The position numbers were made by a program, and so were the translations under genes. 64,000 nt of DNA. It comes from Histomonas meleagridis 2922-C6/04-290x (taxonomy: Eukaryota; Protista; Parabasalia). Below the pieces are notes generated by a model. That model saw only the letters and a list, made by a program, of their open reading frames with translations. It had not been told where the DNA came from and searched no databases. Shown piece after piece: positions 33,854-45,300 of the stretch (position 1 is the stretch's first letter; the number at the start of each line of letters is the position of its first letter). The stretch lies in the NCBI GenBank assembly GCA_020184695.1, contig JAANOX010000098.1, positions 248,001 through 312,000 of the forward strand, written 5' to 3'.

Positions 33854-36400
33854 TTAATTTACAACAAGTACTTTTCTCCAAGTTGATTCTTCTTCATACT
33901 CTTCGAGTAAAGCGAATTGTTCAGATACTTCTTTAGCTTCATCATAGATACTTTTTACTATATCATTTAATTCATCATCGCTAATGCCATTTTCACTTAT
34001 TAAATTATTACTAATAATTTCTTTTAACTTTTCAATATTTAACATTGCGATATCATTTAATGATTGTATTCCTTCGTCGTATAAGATTCTAGCAAAATCT
34101 TTTCTCATTGCCGAAATTGACATCAAACCAATTAATTCTGCTTTAATACCATAACTTAATCTTTGTCTAAATTGCTGTATGGAAGCTGCCAAAGGAAAGT
34201 ACCCAAGTGCCTCGGTAAATCTCGTAATTTGTCCAGCAAAAGAAGCTGCGTTAGATTGAAGAGCTTGAATTGTCCCCCTATCGGTCTTGTAAACGGTTTC
34301 GACGATATTTATCGGTTTCTCCTCAATAATTTCTAAAAGAATTGAAGCAGAATAAATACGTTCGAAAACGTTAATTTCGGTTAAATTCAGTTTACGATAA
34401 CCGCCAATCGAATTTATAAAAATTTTTTGTAGCTCTTGTTTCGAGTAATTAGTGATTAAATGTATGGCTTTCCAATGCGAATTTATAATTTTATCCCATA
34501 TTTGCTCATTAAAAGAAGGTATATAAACGCCTGTTTGTGATGGTGTACATAAATATACAATATGTAAATCATCAACTAAACACAAAGAACTCATCATTTT
34601 GTCAATGATGTCATACAACATAAGCCCTTCTTCAATAGAAAAATTAGCAACAGTGATAGCATTGCCTAAAATTGTGGTTTGAAGATGCTTGGTTTCAATG
34701 AGCTTTTGCGATATAAGTCGATTTATTGCCGATTTGATGAGTTCTATGTTTTGTTCGTTTAATGATAATTCGAACGATGTCGAGATATATGTATTCAATG
34801 TGTATAAGTCAGTTGCCAATCCTAAGGATAACGCTTGTAATATGGCCGAATCTATTTTGTCAGTTTCTTTAATAATTGTTGTTAAAGATGGAATTGGAGT
34901 ATTTAACATTTGTTGAATTTCGGTAAATTCTTGTGAACTTCGTGAAATTACGATTACATCTCCATTAATGCCTTGGATTCGACCGGCCCTACCTGACATT
35001 TGTGAAAAAAGTGAACTTGTTATTAAAATTTTTTTGCCATCTGTTTTTCGATATGGAGAATGTATTATTACTCGTGATACGCTATGTATATTAATACCGG
35101 CACTAAGTGTTGTGGTTGCTACTACAACTGAAAGTGCTCCATTTTTCATGCCAGATTCAATTATTTTTCGTTCTTCTAGTAATAACCCTGCATGATGAAA
35201 CGCAACACCTTTTGAAATACATGAAGCAAGATTATTATCTCTGCCTCCAGGAGATTTTGTTAATTCATGAATTAATTGGTTACGTATATCAATTATTTCT
35301 TGCGGTGGATTGTTAAACTGTTGCATTCCTTCTAAGTTATCTGTTATATGTCCTGAAATAAATAATGCAATTCTTTTTGCATCATTACGTGTATTTGCAA
35401 ATATTAGAACAGATGGGTGTGAACGATGCTGAAGAAGTACTTCACGAATCATCGGAAGTATATAATCATGATCTTGACGAATATTTTTAAGTGCTCGAGC
35501 AAAAGTTGTCGTTCCATCGGAATTGCATTGAAAAAGTTGACCGTTATTAGATATGAAACGTTGGAGATCAACAGAACGAAGGGAACAAAAATAATGATAA
35601 CCATGAATACACGTGGAAAGTTTACGGGCATCAGTCTCATTTAACGTGGCAGTGAGAGATATAATTTGTGGAGGATGACGCATTGCCATTAATTTCATGA
35701 AAAGTGACTCTGCAACAGTACCACGTGAATCATCACCGATCATATGTGCTTCGTCGATAATAACAAGTTTAATTTTATGATCATAACGGTATTTAATTGA
35801 GGAGTTTAGAAGTGAATGTGCTTTCTCATAGGTACATATTGCTATAGAACCACGTGAAAAATCACTACCTCCAATGTTTTGGAAGTATGGTTTTACTTGG
35901 TATTGAGGAAAACGTGTTTTGAAGTCGTTATATTTCTCTGATGCAAGTGCAACAAATGGAAGGGCGTATATAGCTTTGGAATATGGTTCATCTTCAAGAA
36001 GCTGTGCAATCGCAACTTCGGCCACGAGAGTCTTGCCACCAGATGTTGGTGCAACTATTACACAATTTTTCTTATTTGACCAATCTTCTGTAGATAAAAC
36101 ATCAACTTGCCAATCACGAAGCTTGGTAATCGGAGGATCGCCATGGATGTAAGAATGTTGAAGAAAATCTGGTATTAATAAATTTCCCATTTCATCTGTA
36201 GTGTCATAATCAATTGGTTCTTGTTTGTTTTGTTCTGTAGTTTCTTTTTTGGTCTTTTTGTTGAGTTTACTTTGTAATTTCTTCATGTAAGAGCCAATAA
36301 CAAATACTTCACTTCTGAAGTGAAGGAAAATCTGTACGTTTAAACCAGAAAAATCATCACCATGATCTAAAAGAAAGTTTTGCTCATGAACAACATCCAA
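33854..36400 (-). CDS. HELQ: HELQ/POLQ-helicase-like Ski2-family DNA helicase
   Basis: APTSGGKT, DEAH, GVAFHHAGLLLEERKIIE, ATTTLSAGIN, QMSGRAGR, and HELQ-like DRGTIQALQSNAASFA. Start could be the Met at ~36286. Confidence 0.85.
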   Translation of the reverse strand: MDVVHEQNFLLDHGDDFSGLNVQIFLHFRSEVFVIGSYMKKLQSKLNKKTKKETTEQNKQEPIDYDTTDEMGNLLIPDFLQHSYIHGDPPITKLRDWQVDVLSTEDWSNKKNCVIVAPTSGGKTLVAEVAIAQLLEDEPYSKAIYALPFVALASEKYNDFKTRFPQYQVKPYFQNIGGSDFSRGSIAICTYEKAHSLLNSSIKYRYDHKIKLVIIDEAHMIGDDSRGTVAESLFMKLMAMRHPPQIISLTATLNETDARKLSTCIHGYHYFCSLRSVDLQRFISNNGQLFQCNSDGTTTFARALKNIRQDHDYILPMIREVLLQHRSHPSVLIFANTRNDAKRIALFISGHITDNLEGMQQFNNPPQEIIDIRNQLIHELTKSPGGRDNNLASCISKGVAFHHAGLLLEERKIIESGMKNGALSVVVATTTLSAGINIHSVSRVIIHSPYRKTDGKKILITSSLFSQMSGRAGRIQGINGDVIVISRSSQEFTEIQQMLNTPIPSLTTIIKETDKIDSAILQALSLGLATDLYTLNTYISTSFELSLNEQNIELIKSAINRLISQKLIETKHLQTTILGNAITVANFSIEEGLMLYDIIDKMMSSLCLVDDLHIVYLCTPSQTGVYIPSFNEQIWDKIINSHWKAIHLITNYSKQELQKIFINSIGGYRKLNLTEINVFERIYSASILLEIIEEKPINIVETVYKTDRGTIQALQSNAASFAGQITRFTEALGYFPLAASIQQFRQRLSYGIKAELIGLMSISAMRKDFARILYDEGIQSLNDIAMLNIEKLKEIISNNLISENGISDDELNDIVKSIYDEAKEVSEQFALLEEYEEESTWRKVLVVN

Positions 36401-36925
36401 AGTTTAAAGTGGATTTGAAACAATTCAAGAAACCAAAGAGAAAAGAAAAAAAAAACAATTTTTCCAAAATAATTAAAATAATTTGTCATAAAATTTATGT
36501 AGCAAATCATTACATGTAAAAGGGTTTCCCCAAAGTCATCTTTTTTCATACAGACTTCAAAAAAAAAAAAATATGATATATTTGAATATATTTGATTTAC
36601 TAAAAAGTCTAAATATAAATGTTTTCTAAAACATGCTTAATCATGTTTTTCTTTCCAAGAAAAAATAATCTATAAAGCTTATGAAGATTAATACGCATTA
36701 ATACATTCTACAAATTTTCAATTTTTACGAAAGATATCCTTTACTGTCATGAAGACACCATCGTCAAATATTAAAAACCCCAAAAAATCAAATAACTTTG
36801 GCCAAAGGCCGCAGATCGGTGTTAATGTCTTAACGTTCGCCATTGGTTTTATTACCTTCAACAGAAACAGAACATTTCAAAAACCATCTTAAAATTCAAT
36901 TTCGACCTGCTGAAAGTATAACTTT

Positions 36926-37567
36926 TTGATCAAGTACAATCTTCAGCATTCAATTCCAAATCCACTCCATTGGATGGGTAACTTCATGTCATTGGTCCAA
37001 AGCATCTATAAACAGAGATTTAGCAAACAAAAACCATCGCTTGTACTCGATCTTGATCACATTTTAATCATTAAAACACAATTAAAAACAAAAAATTCAG
37101 ATTTTTTTGTAACTGGGAAGAGAAAAACTTACGTTCAAATACGTCCTGAAGCCACTTCATTCCTGAAGAAAATATCCAAATATTATACGGTTTATTTTTT
37201 TACATCGGATGATAAAGATATCTCTCTTAAAATCATTCACAAAATTGCACCTTTTATATCTGACAAACAGTGTTTCTTCAAGGACAGCTGTCTTTTCGCT
37301 AAAGGGTATCCTATAAAAGATTTACGATTGATAGGTAAACCACTTTCAAATATTGTTATGGTTGACACTATCATTGGTTGTGCAATGCTTCAGCCGTTTA
37401 ACTGTATAGGAATTGCTTCATGGGATGGTGAAGCCCGAGATGATGTATTAATAAGTGAATTATTACCTCTTCTTATTGATCTTCAAAAGAACAGCAACAT
37501 GCAAGAAGCCATCAAGCAAAAGCCATGTAGCTTTTCTCATAACTTTTTCTACTTCAACTGTTTATAA
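36926..37567 (+). CDS. NIF/FCP1-like (CTD small phosphatase family) HAD domain protein; 5' end unresolved
   Basis: LVLDLDHILI, VQIRPEATSFL, YFFTS, KDLRLIGKPLSNIVMVD. An upstream in-frame ATG at 36749 is separated by two stops or frameshifts. Confidence 0.75.
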   Translation: MIKYNLQHSIPNPLHWMGNFMSLVQSIYKQRFSKQKPSLVLDLDHILIIKTQLKTKNSDFFVTGKRKTYVQIRPEATSFLKKISKYYTVYFFTSDDKDISLKIIHKIAPFISDKQCFFKDSCLFAKGYPIKDLRLIGKPLSNIVMVDTIIGCAMLQPFNCIGIASWDGEARDDVLISELLPLLIDLQKNSNMQEAIKQKPCSFSHNFFYFNCL

Positions 37568-37578
37568 AATTTTCTGAT

Positions 37579-39105
37579 TTAGTTTTTAACTTTCATTTTT
37601 TTCAATGGCGATACGTTAATTTCAGATTTTGACTTCTGAATTTTTTTGAGCGGAACGCCCATTTTCAGAATATTGAATAACTCTGTTTGAATTCCAATTG
37701 ATTCACAATCAGTTTTTTGGTTTTTCCTTTTTTCATGATGAATAAGTGAGAAGTCGCGAACTATTACAAGATCATTAAATGGAGAAATTGTTTGTGTCAT
37801 TACAGATGAAAAATTTACGTTTGGATTTGGTTTGCTTTCCATCATTCTTCTTGCAAAATAAACAATTTTTCTAGATGCAGCATATGGATTATTATTTCCG
37901 CTTAAAATAGTCAAGAAAGATAAACCATTTGAGAACAACTCTATTGATTCAGGTTCATGATTTAATAGTTCTTGAAGATTAGAAAATTTTTGTTGATATT
38001 CAGATCCATTCATTAGTTTTATAAGTGCTTTTAAAAGAGGAATTATGTCAGAAACAGTTATAAATAGTTCTGAACGTTCTCCTCTTGATATATATTCATA
38101 AAGCCTTAACATTTCGGCTTCATCATCAACAGCATTTGTACTTGATGAACGAATTAGTTTTTGTTTCTTGGGAACAGGTTTGAAAGATTTTTTTCGATAT
38201 ACTTTTGATGTTTGAGGTTGTGCCATTTGACAAGGAGAAGGAATTTGTGGAACATTTAACTTTGGAATAGGTAGTTTTGTTTCGTTAATACGAGGAGTAA
38301 TGCTTAAATTTGTTTGTTGTTCGATTTTAACAAATTTATGTGCAGTTTGTTGAGCAATGTAGAAAATGTCTGCTAAAAAACAAAGTAAAAGATGAGAAGA
38401 AATTGGAAAATGTGTTGGAACAAATGCACCAAAATCTTCTAAAATTGGTTTGATAAGATTCCAATTAGAATTTACTTCTTCAGAAGTAAGATTGGTACTC
38501 TTAGAAATCGATGTTTTAGGAATACGAGTAGGATAGCAACGAGAAAAAACAGCTGCAATATGAATCCCTTTTGGAATATCTTTTTCAATATCTTCTAGAT
38601 CTGGAATTCCATAAATGCATGGAAACTTAGAAAACCAAATTCTAAAGGCATCTTCTACATCTTTTGGATAACATCTTAAAACAAAAAATGATCTGGGAAT
38701 TCTTCTAATGTTCTGAAGTAGATTTTCTGTTGTGATGGATTTTTCTTCGACTACAAATTCTATAACATAGCAAAGGTTTAAATGAGAAATTTGATCTCCG
38801 TTGTAAAGTTGAAGTGGTGAACATGGTTCTTGTGGCTTATATCCAATATCATTTAAAATTTTTAAAACATTTTCAAATGTAATAATGGGATCATCAAAGT
38901 TGAAAACAACTCCCTTAAGCGATGAAGCTATAATACCGTAACATATTCCATTTGAAAATTCTTTTAATGTGATTTCATTTGATAATTGAATTCCAGAATA
39001 ATTTGGTATATTTTTTAAAAATGTTAAACAAAGCATGTTATTTTTGCTTAAAATTCTTTGTGCAATTTCATGAATCCAATTAAAATGTTGGATGATATCA
39101 TCCAT
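37579..39105 (-). CDS. Hypothetical protein with a CAMSAP-type calponin-homology-like domain
   Basis: AFRIWFSKF..DLEDIEKDIPKGIHIAAVFSRCYP..I...S....VNSNWNLIK resembles the CH (CAMSAP_CH) consensus. Confidence 0.6.
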   Translation of the reverse strand: MDDIIQHFNWIHEIAQRILSKNNMLCLTFLKNIPNYSGIQLSNEITLKEFSNGICYGIIASSLKGVVFNFDDPIITFENVLKILNDIGYKPQEPCSPLQLYNGDQISHLNLCYVIEFVVEEKSITTENLLQNIRRIPRSFFVLRCYPKDVEDAFRIWFSKFPCIYGIPDLEDIEKDIPKGIHIAAVFSRCYPTRIPKTSISKSTNLTSEEVNSNWNLIKPILEDFGAFVPTHFPISSHLLLCFLADIFYIAQQTAHKFVKIEQQTNLSITPRINETKLPIPKLNVPQIPSPCQMAQPQTSKVYRKKSFKPVPKKQKLIRSSSTNAVDDEAEMLRLYEYISRGERSELFITVSDIIPLLKALIKLMNGSEYQQKFSNLQELLNHEPESIELFSNGLSFLTILSGNNNPYAASRKIVYFARRMMESKPNPNVNFSSVMTQTISPFNDLVIVRDFSLIHHEKRKNQKTDCESIGIQTELFNILKMGVPLKKIQKSKSEINVSPLKKMKVKN

Positions 39106-39472
39106 TAATTTTCTTTTAACGTATTATTAACGTGCGACAATCGGATTCTGATTTTCTTTTCTAGGTATTGAAGAAAATCTATAAACATAACACCACAATG
39201 TACTACTACTCAGATTAGTTTTATCTATGTTAAATTAAAACAATGATCATTGTTGATAATTAAAATAATTTATTCAAAAACATTTTTTTCCCCTGAATAT
39301 ATTAAAGAGTAAACTCGTGAAATTAAAAAAGGAAATTATTTATTATTTAAAAGCGTATTTATTTTGAGCAATTTGTTGTTAAAACCAGACAATGTTTGCA
39401 TTTATTAACAAATTAAATCATCGGTTTTATATTCAAAAACTGAAGTTTGAGAACTTTGGAATCGTGTGGTAA

Positions 39473-39480
39473 AACGGTTA
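39473..39480 (+). promoter_or_regulatory. M3-like core promoter motif (AACGGTTA) upstream of ankyrin locus B
   Basis: Consensus match 27 nt before ATG 39508. Confidence 0.5.
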
Positions 39481-39507
39481 TGTTGTTTTCTTTCTGGCAA
39501 TTTTTTG

Positions 39508-42059
39508 ATGAAAAAGATAAAAAAACATATTCATATTCATAAAAAACAAGTGCCAGATCAAAAAGATGTTTATATTTCCGAATTGGTTTCTCTTGAACAA
39601 GTTATTTTTAATCTAGATTCGGAAAATATTAATGAATCAGTACAATCTTTGATTTATTTGGCCAAAATTATCCATATTCAATTTTTAATATTACAAGCCA
39701 ATTAGTATATTCATCATTTGTTTCACAGAAGAAAGATTTTAATATATATTTTATCTTTTTAATAACACTTCAAAACAAATATCAAAATTTCACTGAATAT
39801 AATATAATACCCATTTTTACAGAGTACATTGTATCATTAGATACACAAGAATCAAATTATCTCATAGAAAAGTTAGTTGAACAAGGTTTTGTTAATAAAA
39901 ATATAATATCACAAAGGAAATCTTTATATTTTATTCAATATCAAAAAACTGAAGAGATTTTAAGAATATTACCACAAACCGAACTTGAAAAACTTCGAAA
40001 AGATAATTGGAAACTTCATTATCAACTTTGTAATAAAGGCGAAAATCCAGATGAAATTGCAAAAATAATTCGAAAAGATGATATTACTAAACTTCAAGAA
40101 ATATCAACAAATTTAAGTTTTAATTATGATCAAATAATTAAGCCATCAGTTTATGAAAGATGTACATACATTAATCAAAAAGATGTATCATTAATTGATT
40201 ATGCAGCATTTTTTGGTGCTATTAATTGTTTCCGTTACTTATTTTTAAATCATGCTAAAATGGATAATGTTGGAAAATATGCTATTGCTGGTGGGAATCT
40301 TGAAATAATTCATATTTGTGAACAAAATCATGTTGTCTTTTATGGATCTTATGAAGCTGCAATTGAATTTCATCAAGTTGAAGTATTTTTATATCTTATA
40401 GAAAATAAAATTATTAAAACAATTGACATAAAATCTTTAGGGAAACATTGTATTTTACATAATTCGTATGAAATTCTTTCTTATTTATTAGATAAAGAAG
40501 GATTACAAGTTGGTGATAGTATCATTCATGAATTAGCAACAACAGGGAATTTATTTTTAATAAAATGTTTTCCTGATGAATATCAATTTGCAAGTGATAC
40601 ATTTGTTTCTGCTGGTATTTCTGGTAACATTGAACTTATTGAATATTTTCTTAAAAATAAAAAAGTTGATGTAAATGTAAAAAATATTTTAAAATTTAAT
40701 AAGGAATAAATATAAATGATTTTATATTTCACAATAATATTTGGCGACTTTATTCGTTATTTACAACAGCATTAATATATGCATCTAATTTTGGGCATTA
40801 TGAATGTGTTAAATTCCTTCTTAAACAAAGAAAAATTAAAATTAATGATAAAGATATTAATTTTGTTTTATTTAAAGCTTCTTTATAAAAATTGAAATTT
40901 TGTAATAATATTTGGAAATTATTTAAATTATTTAATACGGCACTTATGAGAGCATCTGAAAAAGGACATTTAGAAGTTGTTAAATTACTTATTGATAATA
41001 AACATATTGACATTAATGCTATAACTATTTATTTGAATAATTTGGTGAGTATATTAATTTAAAAATTTTTCTGATTCAATAAAATATTTGGAAATTCTTT
41101 AAATTTTTTAATGCAGCACTTATTAATGCATGTAGAAATGGTTATATTGAAATAGTTAAATTACTTTTAGAAAAAAAGAATATCAATGTTAGTATTAAAG
41201 ATGTTTATTCATTTTGTTTAAAGTCTATTTAGATAATTTAAAAGATTTAAATGGTTAATTTTGAATTTTCCGATTATTTCATGGAGCACTTGAGGTTGCA
41301 GCAGATAATGGTTATACAGATATAGTTAAAATTTTATTGGAAAGAAAAGATGTTCGTCTTAATCCAATTTAATTTATTATTTTCGTGTTTATTTCAAAAT
41401 TTTCTTATAGATAACGAAAGATTTGGTATTTATTCAAATCATTTGATACAGCGCTTTTGCTTGCAACTGAACATGGATATATTGATACTGTTAAATTCCT
41501 TCTTCAACAAAGAAATATTAAAGTAGACGTTCATGGTATTTATTTATATTATATCATAATTATTTTAATATTTTCTCGTATCAAAATAATATTTAATAAT
41601 TATTTATATTATTTTTTACACCAATAATGAGAGCAGCTGAAAAAGGATATGTAGAAATAGCTAAAATGATTTTAGAAAGAGGAAAAGTTGATATTAATGC
41701 AAAAAATATTTTTTATTAAAATTTAATATTTATTTTATTATTTTTATATTTCAAAACATTTATTGGAAATTATTGAAATCATTTCAAACACCACTAATAT
41801 TAGCAACTATGAATCAACATCCTGAAATGGTTAAATTACTTCTTGAACAAAAAAATATTAATATACTCATTGCAGATATTTATTAAATGAAATTGAAATT
41901 TACTTTAATTGCTTAAAATATAAAAATTATTTTTGGATTTTATTCAAATAATTTTATTCACCAATAACATTAGCAATTTTGAAAAATAACATAGAAATTA
42001 TTCGGATTCTTTTACATCACATCGGAGTTGAATATCCTGCTGATGGAAATATTTATTAA
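39508..42059 (+). CDS. DUF3447-ankyrin gene (locus B) with eight spacer-interrupted repeats; one A-run frameshift at 39664-39667 and one possible in-module stop at 41370
   Basis: ATG 39508; the frame resumes as KNYPYSIF..SQLVYSSFV; DUF3447 core ~40050-40400. Modules 40760-40858, 40931-41029, 41107-41205, 41277-41375, 41442-41540, 41612-41710, 41782-41880 and 41952-42059 each encode an ankyrin repeat. Confidence 0.75.
40689..41951 (+). other. Eight non-canonical intron-like spacers: 40689-40759, 40859-40930, 41030-41106, 41206-41276, 41376-41441, 41541-41611, 41711-41781, 41881-41951
   Basis: Lengths 71, 72, 77, 71, 66, 71, 71, 71. Each follows an NTT codon and precedes TTT-NNN-(T/S/G/A)-(A/P)-(L/I). 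No GT-AG ends. Shared 3' motif ~AATAATATTTGGAAATTATTTAAA-TnA. Confidence 0.85.
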
Positions 42060-42262
42060 TTATATTTCCTGTTTATTTCTATTTTAGAAAGAACCTATCT
42101 CTTTGCCCTTTAAAGTTTACCAAGGATTACGCTTAAAGCTCCGCCCGAATGCTCTCAACAGATTTCGTATCAAATAAAACTTTTCAGAAAATTTGAATTT
42201 ATTCATTTTTGAGAAAAATTAAATAGTTTATTTTCGAGAATTTTTGTATAAACATTTATTCA

Positions 42263-42358
42263 AAATTTCACTTTATATTTCTTTATTATTAAATATCACT
42301 TTATATTTCTTTATTATTAAATTTCACTTTATATTTCTTTATTATTATTATTATTATT
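42263..42358. repeat. 3 x 28-bp tandem repeat (AAATTTCACTTTATATTTCTTTATTATT) plus (TAT)n, directly 3' of the VPS13 stop
   Basis: Units at 42263, 42291 and 42319. Confidence 0.85.
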
Positions 42359-42366
42359 AATATATA

Positions 42367-45300
42367 TCATTCTTTTGTTCCTATTATTTGCATTTCATGC
42401 ATTGTCTTAATTTCTTTATAACCTCTTTCAGCGTCACTTAAAGTACCGAATTCGAAACCTATTCTATTATTATTATTCAGCACGAAGACCATTGTTTTAT
42501 TTGTTAAAATGATCTCCTTTATGTTTGACACGTTCAACAACGTTATTCTTTCGATTTTATTATTCTCACAACCGAACAAAAACAATGACAAGTTCGTTAC
42601 ACATAAACATTTTCCATTAAACTCAAAGAAATCTAACAATATCTCAGTTGGTCTTTCTCTTCTTAACAATATCATGAATTCCAGAGCTCTTTTTGTTCGA
42701 TCGAAAGTTTGGATCTTATGTAATGGGTAAGTCCTTGATTCTCTTGGTCTATTTTCGATTGGCTTCACTCCATTATATATCTTAAATATCGAACTTTTAA
42801 TAACTGATTTAATTTGGTCGAGAATTTCTTGAATTATTGGGTTTAATACATGTGCCATTAAATAGTTATTACTAATAATTTGATTATCTTTTTGGATGAA
42901 ATCAACATTAAATTGTAATGGCGCTGATATCTTTGGTATATATTTAAACCATTTAAACATAACAGGATATAAGTTCGGCCGACTTGAATTACCTTCGATG
43001 AAAACATTAATTTTAATTTTACTGATGAATAAATTCTTTAAAAATATTTGTGATGAATTATAACCTGTTAACTCATTACTTGGTATAGGCATATCGATTT
43101 TATCCATTTTTTGATATCTTGGTGTTAATATTAAGAAATAAAATGAGATAATATCAGATAAAAATGATAAATCTGCAATGACATTAATATCATTCATACG
43201 GAAATATATCGAATTGATTGATGAGAATAAAGATGAATTAGAATCAACTGAAACAAATAATTGTAAAAATGGTAAATTCGAAAATGGATTACATATAATT
43301 GGTGTTTGTATTGGCGCTTTTGAATGTAAATCATGAATACGCATTGAGTTAATATTAAAATTAATTTTTTGTAGTTCTGGATGTAATTCATAACTAAAGT
43401 TAATATCATTTAATAAGATTAAACAAAACTCAAGATAATTATAATCAATTAATGAAACTTCGATTTTCGGAATTATAAATTTAAATATTTTCGAATAATT
43501 TTTAGTCTCTTTAGAATTAATAAATTGTAATATTAATTTCATGTCATCACATATTATAATTGATTTAGTTAAATCTTTGTTTATACGATTAAATACATAA
43601 ATGTTTTTCTTGTTAACTAAAAAGCCCATTTTAGAATCAACAACTTTTAAGTCGATTTCAAATTCTTGTTTTTCGATTTCGATGATTAATTTATTTGTTG
43701 AATAAGGTTTCTCGAATCCAAAAATTGAAGTAGTTTCAGGTAATATATTAATTTTAATTGTACTATTCTTAAATTGTTTTGCAATGAAATTAGTTTTAAG
43801 ACAATTCGATATCATTATTTGTTGTGGGAACATTGGATTATTTAATTTAATCATCATTTCATGATTAATTTCTTCGATTATTAATTCGACAAATATTAAT
43901 TGATTATTATTTAATTGTAAGACAAATGTCGAACGAATTTGTTTATTAGCATTTAAAACTATAAAATTCTTCGAATTTTTCATAAACACTTTAAATGTTA
44001 ATTTCATTAATGACATAGATATTGGAATAGTTTTATCTTTCACTAATAAAACATTATCACCATATTCAGTATTAGTAATTTCATCAAAAGGTTTAATGAT
44101 CAAATCATAATTAGTATTATTTAATACTTTAACTTTAGTATATAAATTAATAATTGTTGAATTAGAAAATGTACCTGCATTAGTAATTTTATATTTCAAA
44201 TGTAAAAATAAAAATTTCCGATTCGCATAAGGGATAAATATATCACCAAAAGTACTTTCTAAACAACTATCAATCGGACTTGAATATATTTGTTTCTCAG
44301 CATTCTTAAGTGTGAAATATGTATCAAGTCGAGATTGTTCATTATTAAAATAAGAATCAGCACCCCAAAACGCTAATAAATGTTTTGGGATATCTGCATA
44401 ATAAGAATCTTGTCGACATATTAAATCGAAGTCAGTATTATTAAATATAATTGTTGGCGGATAAAATGTTATAATTAATTGTCCATTATATTTAGTAATT
44501 GTAATAGCAATTAATACTTTCGATGAATTACATTGGAAACAATAACGTTGAGGTTTCTCATGTTCTAAACTAATGAAAATGTTTTTTCCTTCTTTTTCTA
44601 TATTCGATATTTGTACATTTAATTGTACACGTGTATCTCTAGAGTTAATTAATGAAGCCATATGATCAATGCCTGGCATAATTCGATATGTTTCATTACC
44701 ATATTTAATGATTAAATCAAATAATAATCGATTCTTAATAATAGTTAATGGCATTATATTAATCATAAAAATATTTGTATGACGATCATATTCGGCATTT
44801 AACAAAAGTTTTGTTAATATTTCATTGTTTTTAACAACTATTGATATATTACCTTTTTTAAGATCATTAATTGTAAATTTCGATTCAAATGATTTATTAT
44901 TTGTAGTAATAATTCCAAATGTTTGTGTAAATGATGATGTTATAGGTATAGGTACTATAGTATCAGGTTTAAGTTCTATATAATTAATTTTATTATTATT
45001 AACATGATCAACTAAAAATAAATCGATACTTGATTGATTATATATCTTTATAATTGATGATAATATATAATCTCTTCGATCGATTTTATTTTGTTGATAA
45101 AACATTACTTTATTTGTAGCTATAAATGGATTCGTTGCTTCTTCAGGTCGAATCCAATTAAATAACATTGAATCAGTCGAAATTTTAGTTCCCATTTTTA
45201 ATTCTAATTTTTGATCTTTTTTAAGTATAATTTTATTACTTTGATTTTTATCGACTTCTTTGATTAATAACGTTAAATTTGAACCTGTTTCATTTATTAA

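Noticed and set aside
36978-37002. 25-nt GT...AG segment as a short trichomonad intron
   Set aside because: Lacks a CTAAC branch motif and does not repair the reading frame convincingly.
40689-41951. Spacers as ordinary GT-AG spliceosomal introns (GTGAGT at ~41045, TTATAG at ~41410, GTT donor codon at 41203)
   Set aside because: These signals occur in single spacers at inconsistent positions; no spacer has AG at the 3' junction or the parabasalid ACTAAC branch motif.
40689-41951. CRISPR array (regular ~170-bp periodicity)
   Set aside because: The context is eukaryotic, the conserved parts are protein-coding ankyrin modules rather than identical direct repeats, and there are no cas genes.
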